A DNA stretch of 64,000 nt from Piromyces finnis finn (taxonomy: Eukaryota; Fungi; Neocallimastigomycota), in NCBI GenBank assembly GCA_002104945.1, contig MCFH01000030.1:186001-250000 (forward strand). The letters run 5' to 3'. Positions within the stretch are counted from its first letter, which is position 1; each line of letters starts with the position of its first letter. This document shows, piece after piece, positions 55,780 through 64,000 of this stretch. A program made the position numbers and the translations under genes. A model generated the notes under the pieces. That model saw only the letters and a list, made by a program, of their open reading frames with translations. It had not been told where the DNA came from and did no database searches.

Positions 55780-56547
55780 TTAGTGATGATGATGATGATG
55801 ATGAATATCATTATTATCTTCATCATTATATGAAAACATTGGAATAAAGTAGCGTTTTGAAGTCCAATATTCTGAGGATGTAGTATTAGTTGAAAATTGA
55901 TTATCAGTTTGTTGATTGACGTTAGTCATATTTCTTATTGTTTCTGGTTCGGTTAATGGCAATCTTGGGGAAATTAAATCCATATCTAATTCTTTTAGTG
56001 TATTTTTTGTATCAAATTTATGTATTGGTATATCGTTATATTTATGATACTTTTGTTGTTCCAGTATAATTTGATTTGTAATACGTTTTTTTTGAAGATT
56101 AATATCTCTTAATAAAATTTTGGCTTGTTGTTGATGATTAGTTACAAATTTATTAACTCGTCCAAGTTTACCATACATATATTTATTTTCTTGGTTTGAT
56201 TTCGATTTTTCCATTGCATCTAAAATAGATTTTTGAATATCAGCAACTCGACTATTCATTTGGTCATTATTAGATTCGATAAAAGGTGCCGACTGAATTA
56301 TACCGTAGGGTAAAGATTTATACATTTTATTAAAATGGAGATCAACTTGATTAAATCGTCGTAGACATCTTTCACAAACAGAACCTTCAGGAATAGCTGG
56401 AGTTAATTTAAAATATATAAAAGGATGTATTAATAATAATGATAATAATACTAATACTAATACTAATACTAATACTAATACTAATACTAATACTAATACT
56501 AATACTAATACTAATACTAATACTAATACTAATACTAATACTAATAC

Positions 56548-56578
<31 letters not shown>

Positions 56579-56607
56579 AATACTAATACTAATACTAATA
56601 CTAATAC

Positions 56608-56666
<59 letters not shown>

Positions 56667-59600
56667 TCAATATAAAAACAAACCATGTAATGGATAACAA
56701 ACGGTTTCTCTAGAAGGATGACATTTACTACAATGTGTTTCACCAAAACGAGCAGAACTTTTAATGTTAAATTTTTTTCGATTTTTGGGTATACTGGGGA
56801 GATGAAGAAGAGATTCAGAAGTTTTTGATTCTGCTGCTTCTAATACTCGTTGTCGACGTTGTTCTAATCGTTCTTTATATTTTTTTTCCCTTTCTTCCAT
56901 AAATTTATTGTATAAATTTCGTCGTTCTAATTCAATTTGCTTTTCTTCCTCTCTTTTCCTTTGCTTTTCCATAGCAATTCGTTGTTCATTTTCTTTTTTA
57001 GAAAGATATTTATTTTCTAGTTTTAAATAATGAATAATTGAAGGAATATAGTCAAAAGTAGTAGGACTAATCATAATTATTAAAGGATGACGATTCATTT
57101 CAAAATTAGATGATTTTGGAATAAATTCTTCATACCGGTTATCATTCTATTGATTATTTAAAATATAGTAAATATAATATTTTTTTTTATTATTTAAATT
57201 ATTTTTAAAAATTATTTATAACTATTAAAAAAAATATATTACAGATATTTCATTAGTATCTAATGAATAACAAGAATGTTCAATTATTTTAATTAAACCC
57301 TCTTAAAATTATTAGTAATAGTAGTATTATATATATTTAAATGAGTATTATAAAAATATTATATGTTAATAACAATATTCTTTTTTTTTTTAAAAAAATA
57401 ATAATAACAAAATAAAATAGCATAAAATAGTTACCTGGATTATTTTCAAGTTCTTTTGTAATTTCTTTATTAACACTACGACTATATTTTTTATTCATTT
57501 CACTTAAAGACTGTACATTCATATTTTTAATTGTTTCTTTAAAACGCGGAGGAATATTTATATATAATAAAAATTTTTTCAAAAGTCCTTGTAATATTTC
57601 AGAGATGGAATTGCATATTTCTTCAATTGGTGCTGGAATATAATTTTTATCATCTAATAAAAAATCATTATTATCTTCATTTTCATTTTGTGTTGTTTTA
57701 TTTATATCTATAATAATAAATAATTATTATTATTAAATTATATATTTAGACAGATTTAATAAAATAATATAGATTAATATGTAATATAACGATAAAATAT
57801 TTACTTGATGAACTATCATTTTTCTTTTTTTTCTATAAGAAATAGATAAAAATTAAAAAGTTAATTAAATACGATAAGTAGAGAATAAACTAATATATAT
57901 TGTAATAGGATCTAAAAACATACATAGAAAAACTTTTTTATTTTCCTAACCAAGGAACTGTTTAATATACTAGATAAATTCAAAATTTCTAAATGATGAA
58001 TAACAGCTTGTTTTATAATTTCGTTTTTAGAATTTAGTAAAAATAAGAGGGTCAATAAAAACTCTGGAGATCCTCGATCATATTCACATAATGAATCTAA
58101 TATCTTTAATCTTAACTAATAAGAATTAATAATATTTTAATCATAAAAAAGTATTTTAATAAATGTGGTGGTTAGAATATTAACTATATTTTTTATTTCT
58201 ATATAAAAATTAATTTACGTTAATCTCATCATTTTCAATGTCTTCATTCCATTTAGTTTTTAAATAATTGCAAAAGAAATTAATAATTGTATTGGAGGAA
58301 TAACTTTCATCCGAAGAAGATTTGAATGTATCATAATATTTTAAATAATCTATAATTTCAAATTTTACAAATTTATCAGTACCTTCATCCATAAAAATTT
58401 TAAAAATTTTTGGTAAAATTTTTTCTGTGCTACATTCTTCCATCTATTTTTTTTTTTTTTTTTATATAAGTAAAATTTTAAAGATAAAAAGTAAAAAAAA
58501 TTTCAATATATATTTCTATTATTATTTAAGTTATAATAAATAATATATTATTATTTTTACCATACTAAATTCGTCTCTTCTTATAAGATTAACATCATTT
58601 TCAAAAATCTATTTTATTAATGGGTTTAAAAATTACATATGAATTATTAATTGTTTATTTATTTATTTATAATTATTATTATTATTATTATTATTATGTA
58701 ATTATTTACTAATGTTTTGGGGAACCAAAATGAATTTATTAAGGTTTGAATTTCTTCAGGTATATCATCTTCAGTGTAATATAGATACTTTTTTTCTTTA
58801 CTTTCGCTTTTATCTATAATATTTTGTGAATTACTACTAATTTGTTCTTCATTTTTTAGTTTGGCATCATCATTTTCAATATTTTCATCTTCCTCTTCTA
58901 CCTCTTCTTCATCTTCCTCGTTATTTTCTTCATCATCAATACTTCTTACACTCTCCTGACTATTTATTTCTTCTTCACTTATATCTTCATCTTCTTCATG
59001 AGAGCTGTTATCCTCTTCTTCTTCATCACTATTATCTTCCGTATTTTCATCAATTACATCAATAGCACTATTCTTTTTGGTTTTATCCTTAATATCAATA
59101 TCATCATTCAAATATTTTATCGCTAAAAATTTATTATTGCTATCTGTATTACTCATTACAGTGCTAGTACGAGTCATATTCTTTGATTGACTCATATTTT
59201 GAATAGTACTACTTTTTATATATTGACTAATATTACTATTTTTCTTGTTTATTTCTTCTTCTTTCTTTTTGTCTTCTTCTTCATTTTTTTTAGTTTCATT
59301 TTCTTCCTCTTCTTTATTCTCATTTTTATCATTACCATTGATTGTTGGCATTATTCCATTAAAGTATTTATTAAGAAAGCGATTTTGCTGAAATGACGAT
59401 TGTTGAGGGAATAAAAGAGAACTAAATTCTGTATGCAATTTAATGTTATTTTGTTTAACTTTTTCGATTTCTTCTATTTTTTTTTGATTTTGAATTTGAC
59501 GAAACTTTTCAATAATTTCATTAATAAGTTCTTTTTCATTTTTAATATTACTGATATCATTCATTTTTCTATCAAATTCCCGTATTAAATCAAATTCAGA

Positions 59601-62600
59601 ATTGGATTTAAATTCATTATAGTTACAAATTATAAATTCTGGATGCAGCTTTTTCCATTCATTAATTACTTTCATAATAATAGAATTAGGGATATAGCCA
59701 TCAGGTGCTATAGGTACAGTATATTTAGGTGGCTTCTTTATTTTAGCAATTTGTTGCGAATTATTAACAGTATCAGTTTTTTCTTTAATTCTTCTTTTAC
59801 TTTTTAAATCATTTTGCTTTTTAATTTCAGCTTCTTTCTTCTTCTTTATTGCAATCATTCTATAATCATCATCGTCATCAATAATACGAGTAAATTCCTT
59901 TATTTGTTTATCTATAATGTGAATATATCATTGAGATGAATAATTAATTAATTTTAAATATAATAATATATATGTTTTTTATTTTTGATAATTTACTATA
60001 ATTTTCATAAGAAAACTCTGTTTCATTATGATTAAAATCCATCTAAATATTTAGTAAAGATAATTAATATGAATAAGTAAATAAATAAATAAGTAAATAA
60101 ATATTATTTATATTTAATACTCAAAAAAAAAAATTAAATACAAATAAACTTTGATTAGGAGAGGTTGGATTTAAATATAAAACTGGCTTTCCTAAATTAG
60201 TTTCAAAATCATCTTCTTTCCCTAAAAAAGATTTATATTTAGAATATTTTTGGTATTCTTCAATAAAAATTAAATCTTGTACTCCATCTAATTTTGTATT
60301 TGAAATACATTTAATAGCATTCGATGTAATAATTTTTGAATAATTTATAGCTGAATCTATTTGTTCTTGAATGGTTTCATCTTCTATTATTTTATCAATT
60401 TTATCTTTTTCTTGAATCATCGGTAATGAATTAGTATCTACATTTGGTGATCCTTCAAACTCTGATTTCTTCAAACTTTGATTTAACGAAATATGAAGTT
60501 TAACAAAACCTAAAATTTTATTTGTTGCAGAATGTAGTTTTTTAGTATAACTCTTTTTAATGGCCTTTTTCCTCATTTTTTTCTTTTTATTTTTCTTAAT
60601 TGTCATAATACTAAGATCATTAAATGAATTGAAGAAAATAATATCTTTATCTTCACTTAAATTTAAAACCGAATAACTTTCCCGAATAAGACCTAAATTT
60701 CTTAGATGATTAAATCCTTCTAATTCATCAGGTTCACAAAAAACGCTTGTTAAATCATTTTCTTCATCAAGCTTTATTGAAGCTGTAACATTAAACTTTT
60801 CTAATGATTCACAAATATCGGTGAAATTAAAGTATGAACTTAAATCATGGTCATGAGAATGAGAGCCATTTTCTGATTTTAGTTTTCGTTTTATTATTTT
60901 ATTTACAACTGCCACTAAATCTATATTGGAAAAAATATTTTCTTTTTTACGTTCAAAAGCAGAAATATCATAGTATTTTGGTGCATCTCTAAGTTTAATA
61001 CTTTTCAAAATATTAATATCATCAGAAAAAGGTATGGCTTCTTCATATTCTAACGGTGTAGAATAATATTTATTTAATACTTGTACTAAAGCAACAACTC
61101 CTGAAGGCAAATCTTTTTTATTTAATAGTTTTATTTTAATATAGATGACCAAAATACATTATATATATAGTTTTTTTTTTTAAAAAAAATCATTATTTAT
61201 TATAAAAGAACAAATAATTTAAATTTTCAATTTATATTATTTTAACATTAAAAAGTTGTGACTTACATTCAGATGCTTTTAATATATCGATTCGATCACT
61301 AATACCAATAAGTAAATCTAATGTATTATCTATACAACATATGGCACACATTGAATCTTGAAATAAAATATCTTTTACTAAACAGTTATCATAATCCCAT
61401 ATTTTTAATCCTTTATCTTGACTTACAGTGACAAATAATTCTAATCGTTTAATTGGACAAATGGCTCTAATAATATCTGTATGATCATCCATTTTATCAT
61501 GGTTAATAATTTCTTTACTTTCCTTTTTATCTATATTAAATTCAATGGTATGAATTGAAAAGTCATCTGAGGAAGTACATATAATATTATTAATATTGGA
61601 AATAAGACATGGAATAAAAGAAGTGGCAATGGTAATCGAATTTTTGATAATTTTTTTTAAATTAAAATCTAATTCAGTAATATTGATAGTATAATCTTTT
61701 TTTTTTATTTGTTTGTTGGTTTGTTTATTTTCATATAAAAAATAATAAATTTTAGTTTTATCAATAAATTAATTTATAATTTCATTATTGTAATTTTTTA
61801 CCTTTTCCTCCAGAAATAAGATATTTTTTTTCTGTATTTATACATAAGCATGTAACCTCGCTGGAATGTGCCTTTTTTTTCAGTTTTTAATAATTATTAG
61901 TAATTAATATTTTTATTTATCTTTATAAAAAAAACCTTCTATTACCATATATTTAAATTTTGTAGCCCCATATTCACCAAGAAATATGATACGACCATTG
62001 TTTGTACCACAAATTAAAAGTGAAAATCCCGTTAATGATTTATCTGGGATTAAAAAATCTTCATATAATTTAGCACATGTGATATTTTCTTTTTCTAATT
62101 AAAAGAAAATGGTAAATTATCATTTATATTGAAAAATTAACATTAAAAAAAAAATGAATTTTATAAAAAGCTTACTACATTCTTTCCAGATATCAATTAC
62201 TGAACATGGGTTTGTTAAGGTTGAATATATCCATATTTCACCATCATATTTCAATATATATAAATAGTCTATATAAATATAAAATTATTAAAATCTTTTT
62301 CTAATTTATAAAATGTATATAATAATTATAATAAATATTTACTTAAAGCTGGACTATACAAAACATCTTTTATCACTTCATTATCGATATATGGAATAGC
62401 TGTGGTGATAATTTCACCTGTAATTGGGGATATTAATCGAATACCACCATCAAGGGTACGACAGACAACTCTATTTGGGCAATTAAAATTTTTACTAAAT
62501 TCTAATGATAATGGTGGTGATCTTTAAATGTAAATTTATTTATGTATTTGAAAAGTTTGTTAATAATTTAATTATATGAAATAAATAAGATGATATAATG

Positions 62601-64000
62601 TATGTCAGTTCGTAAAAAAAAAGTTATCTACTTTAATGATGTAAAGCAATCTGTAATGTTATTGAAATTCCAGAGGATAACTTCTCTTTCAGAATAAGTT
62701 AAGAATTGATTTTCATCAATAATTTTAAGTCCATAAGAAGGTTCTTTTAAATATAATTTATATATTTCTTGAAAATTAACTAAATTAAATAAACGAATTG
62801 ATCCATCAAAAGAAGCTGATAAAAATGCTGGTTTTCCTGGAACAATTTCCAATCCAGTAATGGCATTAGTATGATTATTAAACATATGAAGTAAATCATC
62901 TGAACTGTTTCTTATTTGAACTATTTTTTTTTAAAAAAATATCATAAGAAAGGAAGAATCATCATAATAATTATACTATAGTTATTAATTACTTGATCCG
63001 TCAGCAATACCAATTATATCATATACAAAAGGATTATAAGAGGTAATACATGTTATAAATTTATTTGATTTATTTTTGAATCGTTTAATTTCTTTTCCTG
63101 TTTCAATATCCACTACCTTTTTATATTTAATTTGCAATAAAAGTTTTTTTTAGGATATATAGATTTATTATTATATATGTAAAAATATTTAATTTAGATA
63201 TTGGTATTGATTAAATATATATATATATGTATTTGTGTATGTAGTTTTTTGTAATTCAATTAATTTTGTTAAAATATTAAATTATTATAGAAAAAAAAAA
63301 GTTCATATTACAATAGCCATTTTTTTTAATATTAAATAAATTTTTGATGTAGGTTCATTTAAATAAACATTTTTAATCCATTCTTCATCTGGTAATTCTG
63401 TATTATATTCTAAACGTAATTTCTGAACTACAATTGTCTGTGAACTTTTTCTGGATTATATATCAAAAATAAAAACATTTTAATTAATTTGTATAAAAAA
63501 TAATTGTACATTTTTTTAAAAAAATATTCTTATATATATCAAAATACCCATTTGTTTCAATATCTAGTGAATAAAACTATTTATAATTATTAATATAAAA
63601 TTAATTTATATGATATTTATATATATATGGACTAAATTATATAATTGAAAATGATTATTTCATTACATTAACTTTATGAGCACCGATAGCAATTAATTCG
63701 TTCCTTGAATTATTATATTTTAAACTTTATCATGAAATATAACAAATATAATATTTTAATAAATATATATATTTATATTTATATTTTTTTTAATATTTTA
63801 GTCTATTAAAAGGTTGTCTATTTGATGTTATACTAACATATATACATTAAATTCTGTATGGAAAAAGGTATTTAGCTCAAATTTCGAATTAAATATCTAT
63901 ATATAAAATATTAATAGATAATAATTATATCAACATTTTTTTTTCTTTCATTCCAATGAATATATTTAATTATGATAAATCAATGTAGCAAAAATAAATA
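55780..64000 (-). CDS. Very large WD40-repeat protein (WDR87/WDR97-like) with acidic, coiled-coil and Cys-rich C-terminal regions; 5' end beyond the window
   Basis: WD exons FNNHTNAITGLEIVPGKPAFLSASFDGSIRLFNL, RVVCRTLDGGIRLISPITGEIITTAIP and DHTDIIRAICPIKRLELFVTVSQDKGLKIWDYDNCLVKDILF...DLLIGISDRI...|YLP fit the WDR87/97 pattern as I recall it. From 58.7 kb downstream, exons splice in phase by hand (58.6, 58.4, 58.1, 57.8, 57.7 kb, a 17-nt exon at 57243-57259, 57.1 kb, 56.4 kb) to the stop at 55780. The joins at 60.1-59.9 kb were not fully phase-checked. Confidence 0.6.
56430..56664. repeat. Compound (AAT)n/(ACTAAT)n microsatellite inside the last intron of the WD40 gene
   Basis: Alternating blocks of ACTAAT hexamers and AAT trimers between the GTTTGT donor (about 56686) and the CAG acceptor (about 56400). 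Confidence 0.95.

Overview
Extremely AT-rich eukaryotic genomic DNA (by eye about 80% or more A+T) with many short GT-AG introns, long homopolymers and (AAT)n/(AAAT)n microsatellites. This architecture plus the gene content (WDR87/97-like protein, M36 fungalysin, CE4 deacetylase) points to an anaerobic gut fungus (Neocallimastigomycota); this is an inference. Recognisable genes, left to right: APC4 (-), an orphan (+), USP7/Ubp15 deubiquitinase (+), a STYX-like pseudophosphatase (-), IPK1 (-, one apparent homopolymer frameshift), a Maf/YhdE pyrophosphatase (-), an FHA/coiled-coil/tail-anchor SLMAP-like protein (+), a small HSP20 (+), a 1350-aa intronless TPR + metallo-beta-lactamase fusion (+), a likely GPI-anchored CE4 deacetylase (+), DNAJC3/P58IPK (+), fungalysin (-) and a very long multi-exon WD40 gene running off the right edge (-). 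The most unusual part is 44-53 kb, a block of intronless accessory genes. It holds two tandem paralogues of a family I cannot name, a decayed third copy, a 132-aa His-rich protein resembling polymorphic-toxin C-terminal domains followed by three consecutive inverted repeats, and the secreted protease. I found no rRNA, tRNA, CRISPR array or intact transposon. All family calls come from motif recognition without database searches, and exon boundaries were read by hand.
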